From contig OZ038378.1 in assembly GCA_964036045.1 (NCBI GenBank), positions 139,996,001 to 140,060,000 of the forward strand: 64,000 nt of DNA, in the 5' to 3' direction. Positions 37,883 through 48,400 of this stretch are shown here, one piece after another; the stretch's first letter is position 1, and each line of letters begins with the position of its first letter. The notes below the pieces were generated by a model that was not told the origin of the DNA, made no database searches, and worked only from the letters and a program-made list of their open reading frames with translations. A program made the translations under genes and the position numbers. This DNA comes from Eutreptiella sp. 'Long Island Sound 2002' (taxonomy: Eukaryota; Protista; Euglenida).

Positions 37883-38930
37883 ATGCCCGGCCTGTGCATG
37901 TGCCACATTGACCTGAGTAATTGTTTTTGGTCGCTGCGCCTCCCTGAGGCTTTCTGGCGCTTTCTGTGTCTCGGATGGAGCAGGCGGGGTTTTCAGGTGT
38001 TTGCCTTTTGGGTGGTAGTACGGCCCAATTTTGTGCTAAAAAGTTTTGGAACGGTTAATGGACGACATTGGTTAGGTAGGCGTGCTAGTTTTAATCTACA
38101 TCGATGATGTGCTCATTGTGCGATGGGGAAAGCAGCGGGTGCGCAAGCAGCCACAACGTGTTGTGGAGGCGTTGCGTGCTGCGGGTGGGTTTATAAGCCC
38201 TCAGAGCACATTGGAGCCGCTAACACGCCTGGTGTGGCTTGGGAAGGATGTAGATCTTGGCGGGGGTAGCCTGCGGACGGCGGGGAATACCTGGGAAGCG
38301 CTGCTGGCCCATTGGCTGCGTTTGTCGGTTGGGAACTGTAGTGTGCGGTTTCTCGGGCGTGCGAGATGGCTTTGCAGGCCTGGTTTTGGCCATTGCCCCC
38401 ACTTATCAGGGGTCTGGGCCCATGTGTTGTGGGAGGCCCCCCGCCTACAGTTTAGCCCCGGCAAGTTGCTACGCTCTATGTGTGTGGTGTGTGTGCTGCC
38501 GTTACCGGGTTGGTCTATGGTGTCCCTGCCGCGGGAGTTGGGTCGGGGGCTTGTGTTCGAGTCTGTGGATGCTGCGCTTGATGGTGGTGTATACCGCCTG
38601 GGACTTTGGTCGCTCGGACTCGGCTCTAGGTCAGCGGTGCCCTATGAGCAACCACCAAATCAACAGTGTGCGGAGGCGCGTGCGCTCTTGTGGGGCCTCA
38701 AATTTATTTTGAATGTGGGGATTTGCGAAGCGCATTTGTTTTGGGATAATGCAATAGTGTTGGTCCAATTTCTCATGTGCAAGGCGAGCGTGGGGAGGGT
38801 GTATCAATAGCGCTTACTGAAGAGCTTTAGGTACATTTGGGCCTCTTGCCCTGGCTTTACGGTGAATTGTCATTGGGTTCGCGGGGCGACGAATCCAGCA
38901 AACCCCATCAGCAGGTTGAGTGACTAGTTT
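37883..38930 (+). pseudogene. Reverse transcriptase-RNase H of a YR retrotransposon (element 3)
   Basis: MCHIDLSNCFWSLRLP, LIYIDDVL, LVWLGK, then RNase H VDAA / QQCAEARAL / WDN / HWVRGATNPANPISR; frameshifts and a stop at 38808. Confidence 0.9.
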
Positions 38931-40394
38931 GGTGGGGAGTTGGATATGGCACGCGAAGCTGCGACGAGTACAATAGGCAATTTGTGGGCTTTTCCGGACC
39001 GCAAAACAGTTTTTTTTATGGGCCTTGGGCATGCCTATGGGCCCATTTGTGCTCCCCCAGTCTTGGCAGTCGGGCCTCGGGTCGCATTCTAATGTGCATG
39101 GGGCGGATTTTCACGACGTTTTTTCGTAGTACCACACAGAGGAATCCATGGGTGCCATGACCTAGGGTCTAGGCTTGGTGGTGTGTTGCCTCCCTGTGGC
39201 CTTCCGGTGCATGCCCCTGTGCCTGCATCCCCGTCTTCTTCTTTACTGCGGGGTTGCCAATGTCGGCCATGACGAAGGGAAGGATCAGCGCCGCAGCATA
39301 GGTCAGTGCACGCACCGCCGATCCCTGGCTGCTGCCGCCCGGCGTTGGATGCGTGGCGGGGAGCGGCTGCGCCGGGCCTTCCGTGGCCTGCTTGCCCGTC
39401 GTCCCGTGCGGTGTGTGCTGTTGGCGTCGGCGGTGAAGATCTTCTTCTAGGTTGACGTCCCGGAGAGCCTTGCGCCGGCGGTGCTTGAGGATGCCGCACG
39501 CGACATTGCGCCGCGCCCGTGCCCCGGCCTTCCACCCGGAAGGCGGCCCCAATGTGAAGCCCCCAGGCCAGAACCACATGTGTTCGCACAAGTGGCAGGT
39601 GGTGTACGGTTTGGGGACGGTGTACCTCACCCTCAGCCCGCACCGCATGTACCAGGGCAAACGGATGCCCTACATTTTTGTGCAGGGGTTAGTGCGGCCG
39701 CTGGTGGGTGTGGTGCGCATTTTCAACCCTTGATTGGGTTGTTGGGTCCCCTTTTGGGCTAAGTCCCTTGCTGGGTACTGAGCTTTGACTGGTCGCCGGT
39801 TGCCGGCATTTTTCACATTGCCCTGCGGGCCCACTTTGTTTCCGCCTTTTATGTGGGGGTACCGTATGAGGTATGGGGTGGGGGCCGCCAGCCTTCTTGT
39901 CCTGGGGTTGGCCCTGGGCGCCCCCCTGGCCTTGGTGGCTGTTGTGGAGCACCCGGCAGGAAGCGTGGCTGTTGCGGCAGCCAGCTTTGGTGGCTGTCGG
40001 TGAGGGTGTGTGTGCGCTGGGATAGACGGGACCTAGTCTTGAGGGGGCGTGGCGTGGTGACGGGTCGTATGTCTGCCTCTAGGGCCTGTGCCTCTGTGCC
40101 CCCTTTTATTGCCCTGCAGGACCTTTTGTGTCGTATTATCGCAGCATGGATGCTATTTTTTGCAGGGTGGGGCGGCAAGTACGGGCCTTGGTGGCATGAG
40201 TGTGGCCCTGGGTGCCCCCCTAGCCTTTGTGGCAGTTGTCACCTTGCCTTGCGGGCCCACTTTGTTGCGCCTTTTCTGTGGGGGTGCAGTATGAGGTGTG
40301 GCGCGGGGCCGATGGCCTTCTTGTCTCGGGGTCGGCCCTGGCCGCCCCCCTGGCCTGAATGGCTGTTGAGGAGCACCCGGCAGGACGCGTGGCC

Positions 40395-41165
40395 CACGGG
40401 GGGGACGTCTCCTCGGTCCCAGTACGCGACTCCCCCCCCCCCTCCCTGCCCTCCGGGCCAACTTAGTTGCCAAGGGTCAACAGCTACTGGCCATACATAT
40501 AGTGGCGCCGAAGGCGCCCGAAATTTTTTTTTCATTCCGTCTACCCATTTTGTCCACTTTGCACCCCAACATTATCCTTGAACCCAACCTTGACTCTAAT
40601 GCCCACCCCAACCCTCAGCCCACTCCTAACCCTACCCCCAAACCTTTCCCTTGCCCCTAACCCTAACCCTAACCCTAACCCTAACCCTAGCCCTAACCCT
40701 AACCCTCGCCCTGCCCCTAGCCCTAGCTCTCACCCTAGGCTCGGGTTAGAATGAGTGTTGGGGTCCAAAATGGAGAGCAATGATGTGGCAAACGCAGCCA
40801 TGAACGAAATTTGGGGGATCTTGTGCAGCCCAATCAACATGGCTGGCATGGCCAAACCAACTGGCTGCAAAGGTTAGGGTTAGGTTTATGGTGATGGTAT
40901 GGTTAGAGGGAGGGCAAGGGGAGGTAAGGGGAGCGTGTGCCCCCCCCCCCACCGCCCCCCCCCCCCCACCACCCCAAATCTCCCCACCTGGACCCCCCCC
41001 CCCCAACCGACCCTCCCAACCGCCCCGCCCCCCTCGCCCCTCCCTGAACCCCCCCCCCTTCCAATGCCCCCCCCCCCCCCCCCCCCCCCCCTGGGGGCCT
41101 TCGGCCCACTTCTACTGGGGGCGGGGGGGAGTCGCGTACAGAAGCGAGGAGACGTCCCCCCCGTG
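40395..41165. mobile_element. hAT-like MITE, 771 bp, carrying a telomeric tract
   Basis: Perfect 21-bp TIR CACGGGGGGGACGTCTCCTCG; flanks GCGTGGCC and GCGTGGCT; the uninterrupted unit has a single gcgtggct at ~39964. Confidence 0.8.
40580..40745. repeat. Interstitial telomere-type (CCCTAA)n tract
   Basis: Perfect CCCTAA units at ~40655-40705 with degenerate flanks. Confidence 0.85.
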
Positions 41166-41899
41166 GCGTGGCTGCTGCGGCTGCCGGCTTTGGTGACTGT
41201 CAGTGAGGTTGTGTGTGCGCACGGATGGCCGGGACCCAGTCCCGCGGGGGCCCGACGTGCTGGCGAGTTGTATGTCTGCCTTTGGGGTCTGTGACCCTAT
41301 GCCCCCTTTCATTGCCCTGCAGGACCTTTTGTGTTGTAGTATTACAGTGCGGATATGGTTTTGCCGGATGACGCGGTGAGTACGTGCCTTGGTGGCTTCA
41401 AGGTTGGCCGTGGCGTCCCCTTGGGCTTTGTGGCTATTGAGGAACACCTAGCCGGTAGTCACTGCGGTTGTCGTGGTGAGCGGCGCTCAGTTTGCATATG
41501 CAGGCGGGAAGATAGGAGTGAACCACACCATCGGGGACGCGGCACACTATCGAGTTGTTTGCCTGCTTTTTGTGTCTGTGCTTGTGTGCTTGTGTAAATC
41601 CCATATCACGTTCTGATCTATGGTTTAGCTGTGTCTGTGGTGTGCATGTGTGTGTGTGTGTGTGCGGTGGGCATGTGTATGTGTTTTGTGGCAGTGCAGT
41701 TTTTTGTATTTGAGCCTGCAGCCCACCTGTCCCACCCTATTGCCCTGTCGGGCCTATGTGACACTGTCCCACGGGGACGCGGCACACTGTTGCATATGCA
41801 AGCGGGAAGATAGGAGTGAACCACACCATCGGGGACGCGGCACACTATCGAGTTGTTTGCCTGCTTTTTGTGTCTGTGCTTGTGTGCTTTCGTTATTGG

Positions 41900-42170
41900 C
41901 TAAAATGTCGAATAAAATGACCCCCCCTTTTTTGTGTCCGAAATCATGAATCTTTAGGTTATTTTCGATTTTCAGCCAAAAAAGTGTTTCTAGGTCCTGA
42001 CTCCATGGGGTTTGCATGGGGCGAAGTGGGAGCGCTCATGCAGTTTATGCGGGTGCTAGTTTTTTTTGCTACGTCGGCGTTTTTGGAGACCTCGGTGACC
42101 CCGTGGTACCCACTCTGAGGGGTGAAAGGGGGGATGTTGTGACGGCATATGCCTACGAGGATACGAAAGG
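41900..42170. repeat. Partial A unit of the composite repeat
   Basis: aaatcatgaatct...gactccatggggttt...gacctcggtgaccccgtggtacccactctgagggg. Confidence 0.75.
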
Positions 42171-42968
42171 ATGGAGGGTGGGCGGGGGGCTTCTGAATGA
42201 CTTTCTGATTGAATGACTGACTGATTGACTGACTGACTGTGCCCCCTCCCTCTTCAAGGTGCCTTGCCGATAGGCAATATAATTTTCGGTTCGAGTGTGA
42301 CACCGCACCACCCGCCCCCCCCCCCCCCCCCGGTAACATGGTGCATGAAGGCAACAAGTTTGGCGGCTCCGTGGTGGATTTGTTTTGCACATCTTGCGTA
42401 GCGCTGACGTTGGGGCTAGCTCAACAAGGACCCTTTTCTCGGGCTCCGTCTAGGGTGAACCCCTTGGAGAGACCTTTTTATTTTGTATGTTCTTTGATTC
42501 TGGTGCTACCTTATATCATGTTTTCTTTTGTGTCCTCATACCGCATTTTGGAAGCACTGGCGCCGGGGTTAGCTCAATAGGGGCTCTTTTCTTGGGCACT
42601 GTTTATGGTGAGCCCCTGTTGAGACCTTTTTTTTGCGGCTCTGTTGTTTTTCCCGTGCTACCAAGCTAGCCCGAGCTTCTCTTGGCTGTTGAAGCCCTCC
42701 GTACGTTGCTTCTACACCCCCCACTGTTGCCCATGACAATGGCCGCCATGCGGCACTGTTGGTACGAACTAGTGCCTGCCCCAAAAAAGCCGCACGAGGT
42801 TCGCACAAGGGCAGACACTTCTGTGCCCACCACCATTTGCACCACGTGTTCTGGGTGTCTCAAGCAGCCCCCTCCTCCAAAGGATGAGGGGCATTTTTCC
42901 AAAGGGGATTCCACCCCAGAGGAGAGGTACACAAAGATTGACGCCGTCTTGAAGGCACAAGTGTACCA

Positions 42969-43481
42969 GCTTGGATGGATGACCGCCACATTTGTGCCTA
43001 CCAAGAGGTGGTTTGGTGCATGGGAGAGGTCCTTGAGCCAAGGGCTTGGTCAAAGGCCTTGGGCCGGTGTGCCGACTTCAAGGAGCAGGTGGACACGTGT
43101 GATCCCGCCATGTCGCCAAAGCCCCATTGGTGGCAGCATTTGTTTTTCCTGACGAACAGCGATTGTTCGTCTAGGGTCTGTTGGTTCGTTTTGCAGGCAG
43201 TTGTTGAGCCCTCCATGCATGTGTATTTGTGAGATGCCAAGGGAAGTGAGTTGTACATGCAGCCTCTTATTCAAGATCTTCACGACAAAGGCAACCACCT
43301 AACCGCCAAGGCTTTGGGTTTTCAACGCTTGGATGGTTGGACTTGTGGTTATCATTCCCTAAGTTTGCTGCACCAATTGTTGCAAACGGACCTCAATACC
43401 GATTTGCGCAAGTTTACCGCTAAACACATGCCATCGGCTTTTGTGACGCACGTTCAAGACATTGTGAACGGCGCTCCCTAG
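42969..43481 (+). pseudogene. Ulp1/C48-like cysteine protease remnant
   Basis: AWMDDRHICAYQE (WLNDxxIxxY-like), CWFVL (HW site altered), VYL*D, FQRLDGWTCG (Q-x-D-G-x-x-C-G; Cys at 43344); one in-frame stop. Confidence 0.7.
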
Positions 43482-44396
43482 GTGCCATGCCCCCCTTTTT
43501 TGGGTCTTCATTGCCTCTCCCGTCTCCCTATTGTTGCAACAACTAACCTATTGTACACTGCATTTTTTAGGTGCAGTGTATCCAATATTTATTGGTTCCC
43601 CCTCAACCCTTCCTCTCTTATTCCATTCGCCTTTTGCTCTTTGCTGTCCGCTAATCTTTGTGTGTGTCTGCCCCTTCCTTAACCATTGAACCCTGTAGAC
43701 CCTACCCAACCATGGAGTACCCAAAATGTCTGTGGGAGTGACTTTGCCTCACTTCACCTCTCCAAGTAGCAGTGGCGTAGGTCTACCGTGACGTCCATCT
43801 GTTTCGGGGGGGGGGGGGGAACTTTCCATTGCAGCCATTTGCTTCCTTTTTTATGCTGCCATCTGCCCTTTCATAGCTGCAGTGTTCCATATTTACTTGT
43901 TCCATATTTACTGCTGCACCTTCCCCCCCCCCCCTTAGCAATGTGCCCTTTGGTTCTTTTTTGGGACTTCATTCACGACAGGTTGCTTCTTTTTCTTGGG
44001 GCTCAACCCTAGGTCAACCCCCGACAGCACCCCCCCCCCCCCCACCGCACCCACTTGTACGTATTTGTGTCATATTTCCAGTCCCAAGACAACCACATCC
44101 TGCAAGCACGTCCGGCGAGCAATGTGCACGAAAAACAGCCCAGAAAATGTCCGACAAAACCTAGACGAAATGTATAGAAGACCCCGAGATGTGAACTTGC
44201 TGAGGATGAGGCGATGAGGAGATAGCCTCGCCGAGGTTGGGTGCGGAATGGGCGTCCACAAGGCGCTCAAGGGACCCGGGCCGGGGCCATGGGTGGGCGG
44301 GAGGAGTGGGGGGAAGGTTGCACCAGCCCCTGACCCATCACCCTCTCACTTAACCCGTCGCACAAATTCCAAGACTCTAACCGGCCTTTGCCCAGA

Positions 44397-44692
44397 TGTG
44401 TACTTGAAACCCCCTGAATTGCACCATACAACCCGCTCAATTGTACCATAAAATGCCCCGTTTTGTACAAAAAAACCCCATTGTACCAAAAAGGAGCCCA
44501 AATTGTACCAACCTCCCCCCAAAATGTACCAAAAGAAGCCTAAAAATGTACCAAAAAACCCCCCAATTTGTCCCAAAAACCCCGGAGGGGCTACATTTGG
44601 GGGGGGGGGGGGGGGCTTTTGGTACATTTTGGGCAGGGGGGGGGGGGGGGGTTGGTACATTTTGCGCCAAAACAGGGGTTTTTTGGTACACA
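44397..44692. repeat. MITE-like palindromic element with repeated aatgtaccaaaa motifs
   Basis: Imperfect ends gtgtac...aaacccc.tg; internal motifs switch orientation. Confidence 0.5.
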
Positions 44693-46199
44693 CCATCACC
44701 ACCACAACTAACCTTTCCTGCCATTGTCACAACTCAACTTCAACCTTCGCCTCCTCACCAACACACGTTCCTTTGCAGGTCCCCTATTGTTAACGCCCCC
44801 CTCCCCGAACCTGACCAAAAACTGAGTTCTGTACTTTGACTGAAACTCCACTCCCCTGCAAAAGAGCAAACAGCACAATGCAAAGCAAAAATGAGAATTC
44901 AACTCGGAAATGAAACAGAACCTGTCTTTCTCCTGCCCCCCCTCCGAATCTGTTCTTTCTTGGCAGTGCATCCCCCTTCTGTCCCCTCCGTGATTTCTGT
45001 GCTGCCCTTCCATACCGCAGGTGTTTCATCACCACCACCCCTCCTACCTCTATGCCTGAAATGGAAATGCCCCCCTCGCCCCCCGCCCCCAGTCACAAAA
45101 ATAGCCCCCACCGTGGCACAATGTGGGAGGGCATGAATGGGTGAACCCCCCCCCCCCCCGAACGGGGAGAAGAAATCCCAAAAGTGGTGGAAAAACCACT
45201 AAACCACGAGAACTACCCCCCCCCTCCCCAAAATGCCCCCAGCAGGCGCAACCCCCCCAAAAAACATGGAGTAAAAAACCCGAAACCCCCCCCAGAAAAA
45301 ACTCCCCAGTTTAGGTGAAAAAAAAACCCTCTGTGGAAGAGAAACCCCCAGGGGGGTTTATTCGCCCAAAATGGGGGGGGGTTTCTCCCCTACCATGTGC
45401 AGCATGGTAACGTGCCTCAGGTCAGCTGGTGGTTTACAAACAACTGCACCAAATCAACACCAGTTGGACACACTGCCTGCTGTGAATGGACAGGCTGCCT
45501 GGCTCAGCGCTGACACTCAAAAAAATTTTCTGGGGCTGCACTCGCGCTGACGCCAAAAGAAAATACAAAAACAATATTTTTTTCGAGTGTGATGCGAGTA
45601 CACTCACATGACACCTGTCAACACTCGAATGACATTTCCCTGTTCATGAGATCTCCGCCAAATGTCTGGCGCGTGTGGGTGCAGTGCATGCAGCTGCGAC
45701 CTGACGATGCTGACACTCATGGTCCTTCGACCCATAACCCCACCCATATCCCCTGCCCTGGAGCTGGCCGCAGTACCTTTCCCCTCTCCTTGTCTCATCA
45801 TATGGACACATGCAAGCGCCAATGCTGGTGCCAATTAACGTTGGGCGTTAAAAAATGGCAGTTGGTTGTCACCCAATGGCAATCGGCTGTCAACCGACGT
45901 GGGTGACAGTTAACCATGGTCACTATGCACAACGGAGGGGGGGGAGGGGATCAGGCTGCTCAAAGGGAAAACAAGAAAATGCTCCCTCAGAGAAGGATCC
46001 CACGCAGCCTAGAAACCACCGACCCAAGAAAATGCCAGAAAAATCAGCCTGACTGGTCCGGCCACCTTGAAAATAACCTACCATCCAATACATAACAGGT
46101 AGCAAGCACCTTTCTGTGGACAGTGCACAGGAGTCAGGCCGTTGCTGAGAAAGCCCAAGGAAGTTTGTCTCGACTGCCGCACATTGCCATGTTCTGTAG

Positions 46200-46403
46200 G
46201 CTGCATTTATCGAGGTATTAAAAGGATACGAAGGCTGCAAAGAGATTGTGCACCAAGTGTCGTATCTGAACGTGATGAAGACAGTCATTGCAGAGGGGTT
46301 GGAGGAGGGGGTGGATCAAAGCGTGCGTGAGTGCCTGCGCACGCTGTTCCAGGCCAATATGTTTGCTACTCTCAAGCCAGTAGTGAGCAGTGCACCCGCA
46401 GAG
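46200..46403 (+). CDS. GCN1: GCN1-like exon (68 codons)
   Basis: gttctgtag|GCT ... GCA GAG|gtatgt, phase 0/0; AAFIEVLKGYEGCKEIVHQVSYL matches recalled GCN1 HLFAILGGSEGKLTVVAQKMSVL. Confidence 0.8.
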
Positions 46404-47811
46404 GTATGTGCTGGTGTGTGTGGATGTGGGTGTGTGTTTAGTTCAGGGTAGGGGTAAAGTGGGGCGATCTTTCAAGGCTTTTGACGACCACCGTTCAAAA
46501 TTGCTTTGGTTCCCTTTCAGTGGCCATTGGTTACTAACGAACTGCTGTCAGCCACTGTTCAACAACCATCAGTTCCCCTTCATTGAGGCAGAGATTCCTA
46601 TTGCCTTAGTGACTCTTGAAATCGTGTTTGAAACACCCCTCAAACAGCACTGGAAGGTCTCGCACTGTTTGTTTATGAGGTTCACATGTGGTCATGCTAG
46701 TAAAATGAATAAAATGGTGGAATGAAGGGTTTATTGGTGACGGAGAGCAATGGAGGTTGCAAAACAAACCATCACATGTGGAACATGTGATCCACTATCT
46801 CAGGAATTGGTAGTGTTAACAGAATGGATCTTCCTCACCCCGTTTGAGGCCCTTGTGTTCTGCTACTCAGCGCTATCCCCCTGAAGACTATGCACCTGAA
46901 GGCTATATTATTTTTAGTGCCATTTTATTTTGTATGCACCAAAACATTGGGGGTTCTACAGCAGGGCAGGTTTTTTGCGCTAATAAACAAAATGCTCTTG
47001 TGCATTCGTTAGGAGGTGATGCTATGCGGACACTGTGCACACATTGTCCACAGGTTTTGTGCAAATCCAGCAGTTTTGCCCCCCCCCCCCCAACCAGCGG
47101 AAACGCAGTGTGATGGTGGTCTACGCCGCCATAAATGCATTTTGTTGCCACAATCTCGATTTTTTTTTCGACGGGAACGTGTTGATACCATGGGAGGATG
47201 TTTTGGGGTGTACATGGGGCCATCTTGCTTCATGTTCTCTATTTCTCCATGCTTAGACCCTTTACATGCACCTGGGTTTTAATGACAGCGGAGCATGACC
47301 ACCTCAAGTCGGAGTATTACCATGGTGGAGTAATCCGCCCTGCCGCATCGCATGTATCTCCTTTGCCATTTTTGGAGTATCACTTTTGAGGGTTTCTTGG
47401 GCAATAGGTCGAATGCTATGTGTCATGTCTGCAAGACTTTGACAACCCATCAAAGGGCCGAAAATGATGTTCATCGATACCATGGGGCACAAGTTTGGAT
47501 GGGACAAGAATGCTGTACTGTTTTGTGATATATGACCTGTGTGCTGTTTGAGCAGTATTGAGGTTGGTTCCTAAAGTTACCCTAATACTACGTGTGTATG
47601 GAAACACCCCCTTTACACAGAATGCAGAGTTTGAGGGTTCTTCTGCATGACTTGCTGGCACACAACCTCCAGGTCAGAGCTCTGGCAGATGTCAGATCTT
47701 GGGTTCAAACCCAGAATTGGTGGGTGGTCTGATCTGCACAGGTTTGCCCTGTGCATGTGTATGTGCCTGTGCCGGGTGTGCCGTCGGTGTCCCATGATTA
47801 TGGGGTCACAG

Positions 47812-47979
47812 GTACGATTGGCAGGCTACAAGGTTCTGTTGGAGGTTGCGATAAAAGCCAGTCTAGTTCCCGATTACATTGGAGCAGTGGCAAAGGATTT
47901 GGTGAAAGTGGAAGATGATGCTGTTCGGAGGATGGGGTTGAGAGTTGCAAGCCGTGCAGCACTCATTGATGTGAAGAAG
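47812..47979 (+). CDS. GCN1: GCN1-like exon (56 codons)
   Basis: gtcacag|GTA ... AAG AAG|gtctgc, phase 0/0; SSAPAE|VRLAGYKVLL resembles GCN1 TSAVRHAYLQCML. Confidence 0.75.
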
Positions 47980-48280
47980 GTCTGCTGCATCTGATCATGT
48001 GCTGCGATCATGCATCCACCAACAGCAGCATTCACACCCACATGGTAAAAAAGTGTGAGCATGTGTGAACGACATAAGTGACGCCCGTGAGCATGTGTGA
48101 TGACCCGAACATTCCTGTGTGTGTCGAGGGAAGTGGGAACTGTGGATCAGAAGTATCCAGCCTCATGACTGAGCCTACCTGTCAGAGTGGCACTAGGCAG
48201 GGATCCTATGCAGTTTGCACCTCATTTCATGGGACACACTGGGCCTTTAACACCGTAGCCACATCACCATGCCTGTTCAG

Positions 48281-48400
48281 GTGGAGGCTGCAGCTCCTGC
48301 CATCAAAACTTTGGTGGCTGATTCAGAGAAGAAGGTGGCCATGCGTCCAGACGCAGTATTGGGTTCTATCGTTCTGCTCAAGACCAAATCTCTGTCGAAG
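48281..48400 (+). CDS. GCN1: GCN1-like exon (40 codons)
   Basis: cctgttcag|GTG ... TCG AAG|gtacgt, phase 0/0; VEAAAPAIKTLVADSEKKVAMRPDAVLGSIVLLK, amphipathic helices. Confidence 0.75.

Larger units (their letters stand above)
39800..41460. repeat. ~420-bp GC-rich unit repeated twice, second copy split by a MITE
   Basis: 39960-40150 matches 41166-41350; gcgggcccactttgtt.cgcctttt at 39826 and 40253. Confidence 0.7.

Noticed and set aside
37883-40745. TATE-style insertion of the RT element into telomeric repeats
   Set aside because: The CCCTAA tract lies inside a separate TIR/TSD-bounded MITE about 1.7 kb from the RNase H end and does not flank the retroelement
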